Shown: positions 49,039 to 57,443 of the stretch, in pieces
Numbering within the stretch: the first letter of the stretch is position 1
How the letters are laid out: every line of letters begins with the position of its first letter
DNA from: Thermoanaerobaculia bacterium
GTDB lineage: Bacteria; Acidobacteriota; Thermoanaerobaculia; Multivoradales; JAHEKO01
Direction: 5' to 3'
Assembly (NCBI GenBank): GCA_049664225.1
Contig: JBATEX010000075.1
Span: forward strand, 7,414 to 71,413
Length of the DNA: 64,000 bases
Position numbers and translations under genes: made by a program
Notes under the pieces: model-generated
What the model was told of the DNA's origin: nothing
Seen by the model: only the letters and a program-made list of their open reading frames with translations
The model's database searches: none

Positions 49039-49410
49039 ATGACTGCGAGCGGATCCTTCGAAGTGCAGCTGACACCGAAGGATGATGCCGAGGTGCCGGC
49101 GGGCCGGATGCTGATCGACAAGACCTACCGGGGGGACATGGTCGGTTCTGGAACGGGTCAGATGATTGGCAAAAGAACCGAGGATGGAAGGGCGGTCTAC
49201 TTCGCGATCGAGGAGTTCTCCGGTTCAGTGAAGGGTCGTCGTGGTGGCTTCACCCTTCTCCACAGGGGCTACATGAAACAAGAGTCTCAGTCCCTGGAGG
49301 TCACCGTTCTCGAGGGGTCGGGCAGTGGAGAGCTCGAGGATGTCTCCGGTACCATGCTCATCATCCAGGGCGAGAGCGGACACCGATACGAGTTGGAGTT
49401 CGAGCTGTAG
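49039..49410 (+). CDS. DUF3224-domain protein
   Basis: The ATG lies 1 nt after the cytochrome stop. Motifs are GSFEVQLTP, GRRGGFTLLHRGYM, VLEGSGSGELEDVSGTM and HRYELEFEL. Confidence 0.7.
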   Translation: MTASGSFEVQLTPKDDAEVPAGRMLIDKTYRGDMVGSGTGQMIGKRTEDGRAVYFAIEEFSGSVKGRRGGFTLLHRGYMKQESQSLEVTVLEGSGSGELEDVSGTMLIIQGESGHRYELEFEL

Positions 49411-49482
49411 AGGCATGGCGGGCTCCTGCGTTCTCTGCCAGTTTCGAGAGACCGACCGGCAGCAGCTGAGGTCGCGCTTCTG

Positions 49483-50109
49483 ATGGTGGGGTCGGGCTTT
49501 CTCTCCGCGATGGAGGTCGGATCCCTCCGACTCGTGCCCAAGTTGGGTTTCATTGCCGTGTTGGTGCTCGGCGCCTGCTCGACGACGCCAAAAGGTCAAC
49601 CAGAGGAAAGTTGGATGGAATACCTGAAGACCCTTCAAACGCTGGAGAAGGCTGGCCCTCCGCTTGTGGAGGGAAGTGATGAGGAACACCGGGCCGTCGA
49701 GCGGTTTCAGAGCCTGCTGAGCGATTTCAAAGCGCCCGACTTCAGTGAACGCATCCTCGAGGTCTACGCCGAGGAGGTTTTCTTCAACGACACGATCAAG
49801 ACCCTGCATCGGGTAGAAGACCTTCAGGAATACCTGACGGCTACCAGCGAGGCGATCGACAAAGGCACCGTCGACTTCCTCGACGTCGTAGCCGACAACG
49901 GCAACTACTACTTCCGCTGGGCGATGACGATTCGCTTTAAGCGATTGGCGCGCGGTGAGGAGAAGCGCTCGGTCGGGATGACCCACGTGCGTTTCGATGC
50001 AGCGGGAAAGGTCGTCCTGCACCAGGACTTCTGGGATTCGGTCGGAGGCCTGTTCGAGCACGTGCCGGCGCTGGGCTGGGTGCTGCGACGCGCCAAGAAA
50101 GGGCTCTGA
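49483..50109 (+). CDS. NTF2/SnoaL-like lipoprotein
   Basis: 208 aa with the lipobox LVLGAC. Its size and hydrophobic pattern are NTF2-like. This is a weak functional call. Confidence 0.5.
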   Translation: MVGSGFLSAMEVGSLRLVPKLGFIAVLVLGACSTTPKGQPEESWMEYLKTLQTLEKAGPPLVEGSDEEHRAVERFQSLLSDFKAPDFSERILEVYAEEVFFNDTIKTLHRVEDLQEYLTATSEAIDKGTVDFLDVVADNGNYYFRWAMTIRFKRLARGEEKRSVGMTHVRFDAAGKVVLHQDFWDSVGGLFEHVPALGWVLRRAKKGL

Positions 50110-50132
50110 CCCTTCGCTAGAGGAGAGGCTCT

Positions 50133-51605
50133 GTGGTACCGAAGATCCGCATCTTTCAAAAGAATGGCGCCGAGGTCCGACGCGACGGCGAGTACGTCCT
50201 CTATTGGATGATCGCCGGCCGCCGCGTCCGGTGGAATTTCGCCATGGACCGAGTCGTCGAATGGGCTGCTGAGCTCGGCAAGCCGATCGCCGTGCTGGAG
50301 GCGCTTCGCGCCGACTATCGCTGGGCGAGCGACCGGCTGCATCGGTTCATCATCGACGGGATGCGCGATAACGCCGCTGCCCTCGAGTCTTCAGGGATCG
50401 GCTACTATCCTTACGTCGAGGCGGAAAAGGGGGCTGGTAAGGGACTTCTCGCGACGCTGGCGAAGCGCGCCGCGGTGATCGTGACCGACGAGTTTCCGTG
50501 TTTCTTCCTGCCTCGGATGGTCGAGTCGGCGGCCGCGAAGCTCGACGTCAAGCTGGAAGCCGTGGACTCCAATGGTCTCCTGCCTCTGGCGGCTGCAGAG
50601 AAGGCCTTTCATCGAGCCTTTGATTTTCGTCGCTTTCTCCAGCGCGAGCTGCCGAATCACCTGGGTGATTTTCCGCGGCAGAGCGTGCTGCAGGGAGAAG
50701 CGCCGGGGTCCTTTCGCGGTTTTCCCGAGACCGTTCAAGAGCGCTGGCCGCGGGCATCGGAGGAGCTTCTCGATGGCCGGGGCAGCTTGGCTAACCTGCC
50801 CATCGATCACGGCGTGGCTCCCGTGGACGAAGCAGGTGGCTACAAGGCCGCGCAGCGCTCGTTGCGCCGGTTTCTCGACGACCGGCTCGATCGCTATGGC
50901 GCCGAGCGCAACGACCCGGATACCGAAGTCGCGAGTGAGCTTTCGGCCTATCTGCACTTCGGTCACATCTCCTCGCATCAAATCCTCGACGCCATCGCCG
51001 GCCGGGAAGACTGGACGCCCTGGCAACTTTCCGACTCGACCGCGGGCAAGCGGCGTGGCTGGTGGAACCTGGACGAGTCGGTGGAGTCTTTCCTCGATGA
51101 GCTCGTCACCTGGCGAGAGCTCGGCTACAACTTCTCCTTCCACCGGCGGGACTACGCCAAGCTCGGCTCCTTGCCAGATTGGGCCCGGCGAACGCTCGAC
51201 GAACATCGCTCTGATGAACGGCCTGAGGTCTACAGTCTGGCGGAGTTCGGACAGGCCGACACGCGCGACGAGATCTGGAACGCCGCCCAGAGCGAGCTGC
51301 TGAATCGCGGGCGCATTCACAACTATCTGCGAATGCTATGGGGCAAGAAGATCCTCCATTGGTCGCGCTCTCCGGAGGAAGCGCTGGAGATCATGATCGA
51401 GCTCAACAACAAGTACGCGATCGACGGCCGGAACCCGAACTCCTACAGTGGCATCTTCTGGGTTCTCGGTCGCTTCGACCGGGCCTGGGGTCCCGAACGA
51501 GAGGTGTTCGGCAAGGTGAGGTTCATGAGCTCCAAGAACACCCGTCGCAAGCTCAAGCTCGATGCCTACCTAGAGCGCTGGGGAGCTGACGCGAGCCAGC
51601 GTTGA
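50133..51605 (+). CDS. phr: class II CPD deoxyribodipyrimidine photolyase
   Basis: 490 aa. Motifs are YVLYWM, RRVRWNFA, NYLRMLWGKKILHWS and NPNSYSGIFWVLGRFDRAWGPEREVFGKVRFMS. Confidence 0.85.
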   Translation: MVPKIRIFQKNGAEVRRDGEYVLYWMIAGRRVRWNFAMDRVVEWAAELGKPIAVLEALRADYRWASDRLHRFIIDGMRDNAAALESSGIGYYPYVEAEKGAGKGLLATLAKRAAVIVTDEFPCFFLPRMVESAAAKLDVKLEAVDSNGLLPLAAAEKAFHRAFDFRRFLQRELPNHLGDFPRQSVLQGEAPGSFRGFPETVQERWPRASEELLDGRGSLANLPIDHGVAPVDEAGGYKAAQRSLRRFLDDRLDRYGAERNDPDTEVASELSAYLHFGHISSHQILDAIAGREDWTPWQLSDSTAGKRRGWWNLDESVESFLDELVTWRELGYNFSFHRRDYAKLGSLPDWARRTLDEHRSDERPEVYSLAEFGQADTRDEIWNAAQSELLNRGRIHNYLRMLWGKKILHWSRSPEEALEIMIELNNKYAIDGRNPNSYSGIFWVLGRFDRAWGPEREVFGKVRFMSSKNTRRKLKLDAYLERWGADASQR

Positions 51606-51632
51606 TCGAACCAGCCCGCCCCGAATCCCCAA

Positions 51633-51975
51633 CTACGGCAGCGGCTTGCCCTCGAAGGCGGCAACCTGCGCGGCGAGGTCGGCCCCGATCTCTTCCCGCA
51701 GGGCGTGGAACTCAGGCTCTTCGCGTATGCTGTCGAAGTTGCGGTTGAACTCCGTGTCCCACCGCCACATGAGCCGCCAGCCGTCGACGACGACGCGACC
51801 CAGGGAACGGATCGCCTCGTCGGAACGTCCGAGCAAGGCCAGCGCCTCGGCCTTCGCCACGCCCAGCGGGAAGTTGGCTGCCCCCTGGCGTAGCGCTGGT
51901 CGCAGGTGGTAAGGGCGCTCTCGAGGATCGCCTCCGCCTGGCCGGATTCTCCAGTTGACCTGCCCCCAAAGTTTG
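51633..51975 (-). pseudogene. C-terminal fragment of a TPR-containing protein, frameshifted and 5'-truncated
   Basis: GESGQAEAILESALTTCDQRYARG is followed after a frame change by ANFPLGVAKAEALALLGRSDEAIRSLGRVVVDGWR...EEPEFHALREEI. It ends upstream at an IS-end-like sequence (about 51970). Confidence 0.45.
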
Positions 51976-52074
51976 TACCACCCATTATGTTAGGAATCCG
52001 TTCATAACGGGTAGTGGTTGGCGAGTGGCCCCGAGGGGCCACTCGATCGCTTCTGGTGCCAACGGCCCCAATGC

Positions 52075-53166
52075 TCAATCATTCCTGAGAAACCGCGCGT
52101 CGGTCAGTGATTCCAGGAATGCCACGAGATCTCTCTGCTCCTCATCTGTCAGCTCGAATCCAGAGAGGATGGGATCCATGGATCCTTGGGAGTCTGATCG
52201 GCTGCTGATTCCCGCAGCGTAGTGATCGATGACCTCTCCTAGGGTGGAAAAGCGGCCATCGTGCATGTACGGAGCCGTCACCGCAATGTTGCGCAGGGTG
52301 GGGGCGCGAAAGCGACCCCTGTCCTCCTCGCGGTCGGTGATCCGGTGCACTCCGGTGTTGAGCTCCGCCTTCGTGCTGCCGGCGTGCTTGTCGACGAGTC
52401 CGGTGTCATGGAACCGCGGCTCCTCGGGTTGGGACCCTGCATAGACGACGGGGCCGGACAAATTGAAGCCCGAGTGGCAACGAAAGCAGTTCAAACGCCC
52501 AGAGAAGAAGAGACGTGCGCCGTTGCGCGCTGACCAGGAAAGAGCTTCGGTCTGGGCAGAATAGGCCCAGCGGTCGTACGCCGAGTCGCCCGAGATCAAG
52601 GTCCTCTGGTAGGTCGCCAGAGATTGCACGACATTGCTCAGCGTCACCGGTTCCTCGTCCTCGGGAAAACCGCGCTGAAACTGCTGGCGAACGACTGGGT
52701 CGTCCCGAAGACGCTGCAGCACCTCCGATTCCCGCCCAGACATACCCATCTCCACGGGATGTCTGTTCATGAGCGGGACGATTGCCTGATCCTCCAGACG
52801 GGTGAGTGAGGGGTCGTCCCAACCCAACGATGCGTTGTAGGCGACGTTCATCAGTGACATGGCCGAGCGCGGATGCTCGTCCCCCTCGGCACCCACGGCG
52901 CGGGCCCGACCGTCGGTGAAGGCCAGCTCTGGCCGATGACAGTCGGCGCATGCCAGGGTACCGTTGCCTGACAGTCGAGGGTCGTGAAACAAGAGCCTTC
53001 CCAGCTCCACCTTCTCGACCGTCATCGGATTCTCCGGTGGGACGCTCGGCTTCGGAAATCCGGGCGGTAGACACCAAGCAAAGTCGCCCGAGCCGATCGC
53101 CTTCTCACCACCTCCGAGACAGACCATCACGAGGAAGAGGCCTGTCGCCGCAGCATTCCTCACCAC
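52075..53166 (-). CDS. di-haem cytochrome c peroxidase (CCP/MauG family)
   Basis: 363 aa. It has CADCHRPELAF, CFRCHSG and MHDGRFSTLGEVIDHY. Confidence 0.85.
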   Translation of the reverse strand: MVRNAAATGLFLVMVCLGGGEKAIGSGDFAWCLPPGFPKPSVPPENPMTVEKVELGRLLFHDPRLSGNGTLACADCHRPELAFTDGRARAVGAEGDEHPRSAMSLMNVAYNASLGWDDPSLTRLEDQAIVPLMNRHPVEMGMSGRESEVLQRLRDDPVVRQQFQRGFPEDEEPVTLSNVVQSLATYQRTLISGDSAYDRWAYSAQTEALSWSARNGARLFFSGRLNCFRCHSGFNLSGPVVYAGSQPEEPRFHDTGLVDKHAGSTKAELNTGVHRITDREEDRGRFRAPTLRNIAVTAPYMHDGRFSTLGEVIDHYAAGISSRSDSQGSMDPILSGFELTDEEQRDLVAFLESLTDARFLRND

Positions 53167-53657
53167 GCCTTGGCCAGTCCCTCCAGTCCTTCAGGCTCCT
53201 CCCCTGAAGCGATGGCTGCCTGAAGCGAGTCGGCCAGTTCGCGGTCCAAGCCGGTCAGAGCCCGGTGATCTTCGAGGGCGCGGGCCTCGTCGCCCATCAG
53301 GGCGTGAAGGACCCCGCGGTACATGTAGGCTTCGGCGAGTTTGGGGTTGAGCTCGATGGCCTTGTCGTAATGGCGGAGCGCCTCGTCATACTTCTCCAGA
53401 CCCTGTTTTCTCAGGGAGTATCCGAGGTTGTTGTGCGCCTCGGCCATGTTTGGGCTCTTCTTCAGTGCGGCCTCGAAACTCGCTTGGGCCTTCCCGAAGT
53501 TGCCCTTCTTCATCTGCTTGACACCGGCGTTGTACTCGGCGACCCCCGGCTCGGCGTCCGACTCCGATTTCGAGCCGCTGCCGGCTGCGTAGGCGAAGCT
53601 GAAAGAGAGCAGCAGAGCAAGCGTGGTCGAGCCAATCCTTCGTAGTGTTCTGTGCAT
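53160..53657 (-). CDS. secreted TPR-repeat protein
   Basis: 165 aa with a signal peptide and 3 TPR-like units (AEAHNNLGYSLRKQG, YDKAIELNPKLAEAYMYRG). It overlaps the CCP start by 7 nt. Confidence 0.7.
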   Translation of the reverse strand: MHRTLRRIGSTTLALLLSFSFAYAAGSGSKSESDAEPGVAEYNAGVKQMKKGNFGKAQASFEAALKKSPNMAEAHNNLGYSLRKQGLEKYDEALRHYDKAIELNPKLAEAYMYRGVLHALMGDEARALEDHRALTGLDRELADSLQAAIASGEEPEGLEGLAKAW

Positions 53658-53898
53658 CGTGTCCTCCAGTACTCCAGGTTCGGTTGATCCTGTGACCTCG
53701 TGTCCGCTGTCGACGCGAGTCTGAATAGCGGAAATCTGGGGCGGACTCTACTTCCGCAGGCCTTCTGGCGCAAGCGGCCGGCATCTCTGCCGGCCGACCC
53801 ACGGTTGGAGCACAATCCCACGAGTACGCAACCATCATGCTTGGCAGCGCGATTTCCCACTATCGGATCACCGGCCAGCTCGGCTCGGCCGGCTGGAG

Positions 53899-54129
53899 GT
53901 GGCTCCGCTCTTCATTGAGCCGGGCAGTCCCTGGGAGAACGGCTACGTCGAATCCTTCAACGCGCGGCTCCGGGACGAGTTTCTCGATGGCGAGATCTTC
54001 GACACGCTCAAGGAAGTACAGGTGCTTACCGAACGCTGGCGGTGGCAGTACAGCCACGTCCGGCCCCACCAGTCGCTCGGCTGGCCGCTAGCGGCCAGCC
54101 GGGAGCACATGCATCCGGCCGTTTACTAA
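53899..54129 (+). mobile_element. rve-type (IS3-like) transposase C-terminal remnant
   Basis: FIEPGSPWENGYVESFNARLRDEFLDGEIFDTLKEVQVLTERWRWQYSHVRPHQSLG. It is preceded at 53837-53895 by a ~19-codon kinase-like stub (MLGSAISHYRITGQLGSAG). Confidence 0.7.
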
Positions 54130-54555
54130 CATTCAGACTGGTACAAACAACGGAGGCCGACCAGTTATTCATTGTTCTGATGCGAGTGAGGCTCCATCCA
54201 ATTGACATTGTCCAGGCCAAATCCACGTCTACAAACCGCGGAGGTAACGCCGAAGACGATTGCTTGCTCTCCAGGGGTCAGGCCGGTCACCCGGACTTGT
54301 TCGTCTAGAAGGTGGATCTGGGGTTGGACCGTGGATGCTGCGGCCGTCTACAGGCCCATCAGCCCAGCGAGGAAGAGGATCACCGTCGTTCTCATCGAGG
54401 CCCTCCTTTCAAGAGACGATCGCTATCAGCTCTGCCTTCACTCGAGGACTCGTGACTAGGCTGCGTCCTGTCAGAGGCCCGAGCAACCTGTCGATTTCCG
54501 GATCACCAACGAGGATAGGGGCTAGTGAAATGGAGTCAAGTCCCCAATTGGGGTG

Positions 54556-54834
54556 TCACTCGATCAGGGGACACAGCCCGCAGAGCGTTAAAAGCTCACA
54601 GCAGAGCCCGTCGGACCGGAGCACCAGAAGTGCGTGAATGACAACCCTGCAGCGGGAGGAGACGTCGAGTTTGCGGAAGATCCGGCGGGTGTAGGTGCGG
54701 ACCGTGTGCTCCGAGATGCCGCGATCGCGGAGAAGCCCCTGGACAATTTGAATTTCCCTTGCGGAGAGTCCCAACAACCGAGCCAGGTCGGACCACACTG
54801 CATCGCTTCTTGTCTGCCCTCTCGTGATTGCCAT
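54556..54834 (-). CDS. small LuxR/GerE-type HTH protein (atypically short HTH)
   Basis: The start is ATG 54834, with a GGAGGGG RBS. LSAREIQIVQGLLRDRGISEHTVRTYTRRIFRKLDV resembles the GerE domain but lacks several residues of the usual first-helix/turn segment. Confidence 0.5.
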   Translation of the reverse strand: MAITRGQTRSDAVWSDLARLLGLSAREIQIVQGLLRDRGISEHTVRTYTRRIFRKLDVSSRCRVVIHALLVLRSDGLCCELLTLCGLCPLIE

Positions 54835-55050
54835 CAACCCCTCCTGGATGTCCCCTGATGGAGTGGCTTTGACCGACAAAGCAAGGGCACATCCAGATTC
54901 AGAGGCTGCACTGCACGTCTATTGGTCTATCGAGGAGAGCGAAACGTTACAGTCGCCAGAAATCGATCCACGTTGCGGGTATCGGGCCACGGGTGAGGCT
55001 ATCCCCCGCTCACGCCCTGGGGTTGGGGCGGAAGTCTCTTCCATCCGGCC

Positions 55051-55105
55051 TCTGGGATCCTGAGGTCTTTGGATCTGGGGTCCTGGGGTCCTGGGGTCCT
55101 GGGTA
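55051..55105. repeat. octanucleotide tandem repeat (TGGGGTCC, 3 perfect plus about 4 degenerate units)
   Basis: ctgggatc ctgaggtc tttggatc tggggtcc tggggtcc tggggtcc tgggtag. This is the reverse complement of the GGACCCCA motif seen at 17131 and 27351. Confidence 0.9.
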
Positions 55106-55120
55106 GACGAATACCCTGTA

Positions 55121-55141
55121 GGGGCGGCCCTTGCGGCCGCC
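55121..55141. repeat. GC-rich hairpin (8-bp stem GGGCGGCC/GGCCGCCC, 5-nt loop)
   Basis: gggcggcc cttgc ggccgccc, read directly. It is REP-like. Confidence 0.85.
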
Positions 55142-55222
55142 CGCGGAAGGGGGCAGGGCATCCGGCCGGAGGACTCGCATTCTGAGGGCAACAAGATTCG
55201 AGGCTCAGGTCAAGGACACCCA

Positions 55223-55310
55223 AGAGGTCGGTTCGAGGGGTAGGAGACCGGGCGGTTCTTGCAGCGGAAGGGAGGACAGCCCCCTGGTCTCCTACCCCTC
55301 GGACCGACCT
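55223..55310. repeat. long hairpin: 26-nt inverted repeat (1 mismatch) with 36-nt loop
   Basis: gaggtcggttcgaggggtaggagacc at 55223-55248 pairs with ggtctcctacccctcggaccgacctc at 55285-55310. Confidence 0.9.
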
Positions 55311-55619
55311 CCGATAGACAACCTGACTGGGAAGATGTATCAACGACCGACGGGTGCACCGGGAAGCTCTACTCGCAGGCTACTACTACCCTCACCGGTG
55401 CCCGAGGTTCGTTCGGGTGGCTCGACTGTGGGGCGCCTCGTCGAGCGCAGCGCAAGAGCCATCGAAGACTACGCGAGATCCGGCGCGAAGACGTGACGAG
55501 GTGGCGGCCCCCCCATTGCAGTCAGAGTAGCCGACGCCGTCCGCCTGCGAGCCGCCCGGACGGACCTCCAATCGACAGACGACTCAAGGCCTCAGCTGCC
55601 CATATACTGGCAGTCAGTC

Positions 55620-55983
55620 ATGACCAAGTGTAGATTGCGAGCCGATGGAACCCCGTCTCCGCGGGGCCGTCGAACGCCCAAGCCACCACCGACAGAAGAG
55701 CAGTTGGCCGAACTGGAGCGGCTCACCGACCAGTTTCCTGAGTCACTCAGAGCCTTTCGCGATCGGGGCCTGCTGAACCCGGTTCGGAGGTTTCGTCTCG
55801 AAGAGGCCATCCGCCATCGATCCCGGACCCTAGTGCCCGTCCTGCACGGCGTTCACGACCCGCACAATCAGGCGGCGGTCATGCGTAGTTGCGAGGCCCT
55901 GGGCCTGCAGGAGTTCCACTTCATTCAGAGCGTGGCCGGTGGCTCTCTGCACGCCAACCCACGAATTACGCAGAACGCCCAGG
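55620..55983 (+). pseudogene. SpoU/TrmH-family RNA 2'-O-methyltransferase, 3'-truncated
   Basis: RTLVPVLHGVHDPHNQAAVMRSCEALGLQEFHFI is the SpoU motif-1 region. The rest of the domain is replaced by RAYT-derived sequence from about 55984. Confidence 0.6.
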
Positions 55984-56147
55984 GAAGAGGTAGTAGCCAC
56001 TTCTGGAGCAGAAATCGGCCCTGCATTGTCCGACACGTCACTTCGACCAGGGCGCTGCCTTGGGGGATGAACCGCAGTCTCCTTGCCATACCTTAGACGT
56101 CGCAATGCCCTCCCGCGTTCTTTCAGAATCGGATGGCACCTCTTCGG
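55984..56147 (-). mobile_element. RAYT mini-derivative D (REP-like end, first 28 codons, upstream REP)
   Basis: ATG at 56089 encodes [28 protein letters not shown]. The left end is gaagaggtagtagcca and the right end is ggatggcacctcttcgg. Confidence 0.75.
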
Positions 56148-56150
56148 AAA

Positions 56151-56429
56151 CTAGCGGTCCTGTCTTTGCGCACCATCCGAAACGGCGTCAACAACAGCGA
56201 GTATTCCAAATGCTAGTACCGTTGACAAAAACATGATTGGCGATCCATTGAGCTTCCCATCAGCAAACGCGCCAATGGTAGGCAGAAGTGTCCAAACTAG
56301 GGACACCATACCAAGAGACAGAAGCACTCTATATGTCCACGGTTTTGCACGGTTGAAGAATGGTAGGACCAGTATCACTGCTAGGCTCAGAATCACCGAA
56401 CTCTCAAGCCACCAGACAAAAAAGAACAC
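56151..56429 (-). CDS. hypothetical 3-TM membrane protein (lower G+C)
   Basis: 92 aa and strongly hydrophobic. I recognise no domain. Confidence 0.4.
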   Translation of the reverse strand: MFFFVWWLESSVILSLAVILVLPFFNRAKPWTYRVLLSLGMVSLVWTLLPTIGAFADGKLNGSPIMFLSTVLAFGILAVVDAVSDGAQRQDR

Positions 56430-56620
56430 TGCTTACCTCCCTTCAAGTCTCCTGTCTGCTTTGCCAATTGGAGGTAGGGGTGCCAGCCACTTCTGACTTG
56501 CACCCGTCGATAGGCGAAGATCAGCAAGCCAGCCACTAGGACAGTCACCAAGGGCCCGAGGAGGCGAACTGCTAGTAACCGTCGACGTGAGCCTTGGGCG
56601 GGGTTCTCTGGCATCTCCAT
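56393..56620 (-). CDS. hypothetical small membrane protein (possibly the frameshifted 5' part of the next ORF)
   Basis: 75 aa with one TM (LLGPLVTVLVAGLLIFAY). It overlaps 56151..56429 by 37 nt. Confidence 0.3.
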   Translation of the reverse strand: MEMPENPAQGSRRRLLAVRLLGPLVTVLVAGLLIFAYRRVQVRSGWHPYLQLAKQTGDLKGGKQCSFLSGGLRVR

Positions 56621-56725
56621 GATTCAGACTTCCTTCTCAAGGCAGCTATGTATAAGCGCCCACTAGCTTTGATTCGAGTCATGAATCGCCTGTCCATCCG
56701 GGGCCGCTCGTGGGTCGCGGCACCC

Positions 56726-57319
56726 CTAACGACTACCTTCGGTTAGCGTTCTGAGGTATTCCACGACGGCGCTGTCAGACCAATCCGCGGCGCCGGTATG
56801 GCGAAACACGATGTTACCCGCGCTGTCCACGATCCACGTCGTTGGTATTGGTGACGGGAATGAGGTCCCCTCTGGAGAACTCGCCACCCTCACCACAGGG
56901 AGCGTCAGCTCTGTCTTCTCCACGAACTTCTTCAAGGTGGCAGCTGGCTCTTCCGAAAGCAACATGAAGGCAATCTCGTCGTCGAAGTTCTCTGCCAACC
57001 GCTCCAACTCTGGCAACTCCAGGATGCAAGGGCGGCACCATGTGGCCCAGAAGTTCACCACCAGAGGTTTACCCCGGAATTCGGTCAACCGCACCCGTAC
57101 GCCATCAGGAGAATGGAGATGCCAAGAATAATCAAAGGGGTCCGAAAGAGTTGGTACCGGCGGCGCTGGAAGCCCGGATTCTGAACCACCCTCAGGCCAC
57201 TCGGCCATCTGCGTCACTGCCCAAAAGCCGATTCCGACCGCAATGAGGCCCCCTGCCAGTACTGTGAGCAGACAACCTGCTCCGGCACCGAGAAGAAAAC
57301 TACGGGTCGTGGGTCTCAT
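56726..57319 (-). CDS. membrane-anchored TlpA/ResA-like thiol:disulfide oxidoreductase
   Basis: The start is ATG 57319. It has an N-terminal TM, then LVVNFWATWCRPCILELPEL (thioredoxin WCxxC). Confidence 0.8.
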   Translation of the reverse strand: MRPTTRSFLLGAGAGCLLTVLAGGLIAVGIGFWAVTQMAEWPEGGSESGLPAPPVPTLSDPFDYSWHLHSPDGVRVRLTEFRGKPLVVNFWATWCRPCILELPELERLAENFDDEIAFMLLSEEPAATLKKFVEKTELTLPVVRVASSPEGTSFPSPIPTTWIVDSAGNIVFRHTGAADWSDSAVVEYLRTLTEGSR

Positions 57320-57443
57320 TTCGTACCAGCGGTGATCCGGTCCGTCAGCTTCCCGCTCGCCAGAATAGAAGTGTAGGTTTGAACATCTCTTTCCTGCCAA
57401 CGCCCGAGGTGAGCCTGCATCACCTCACTCTGTACGAATTGGA

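Noticed and set aside
47565-49121. 518-aa minus-strand ORF opposite the octahaem cytochrome
   Set aside because: The plus-strand frame carries eight CxxCH motifs and a signal peptide. The minus-strand frame has no features.
55051-55105. Possible CRISPR array
   Set aside because: The repeat unit is only 8 nt, there are no spacers, and no cas genes occur anywhere in the window.
55223-55310. Retron msr/msd or integron attC-like structure
   Set aside because: There is no reverse transcriptase or integron integrase in the window. The stem is a simple perfect palindrome, so a REPIN/MITE-like explanation is simpler.
56151-56620. Two further small membrane ORFs as members of the six-paralog family
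   Set aside because: They lack the W..LG.P..F / L.D..L motifs and the TM-loop-TM spacing. They are kept as separate hypothetical ORFs.
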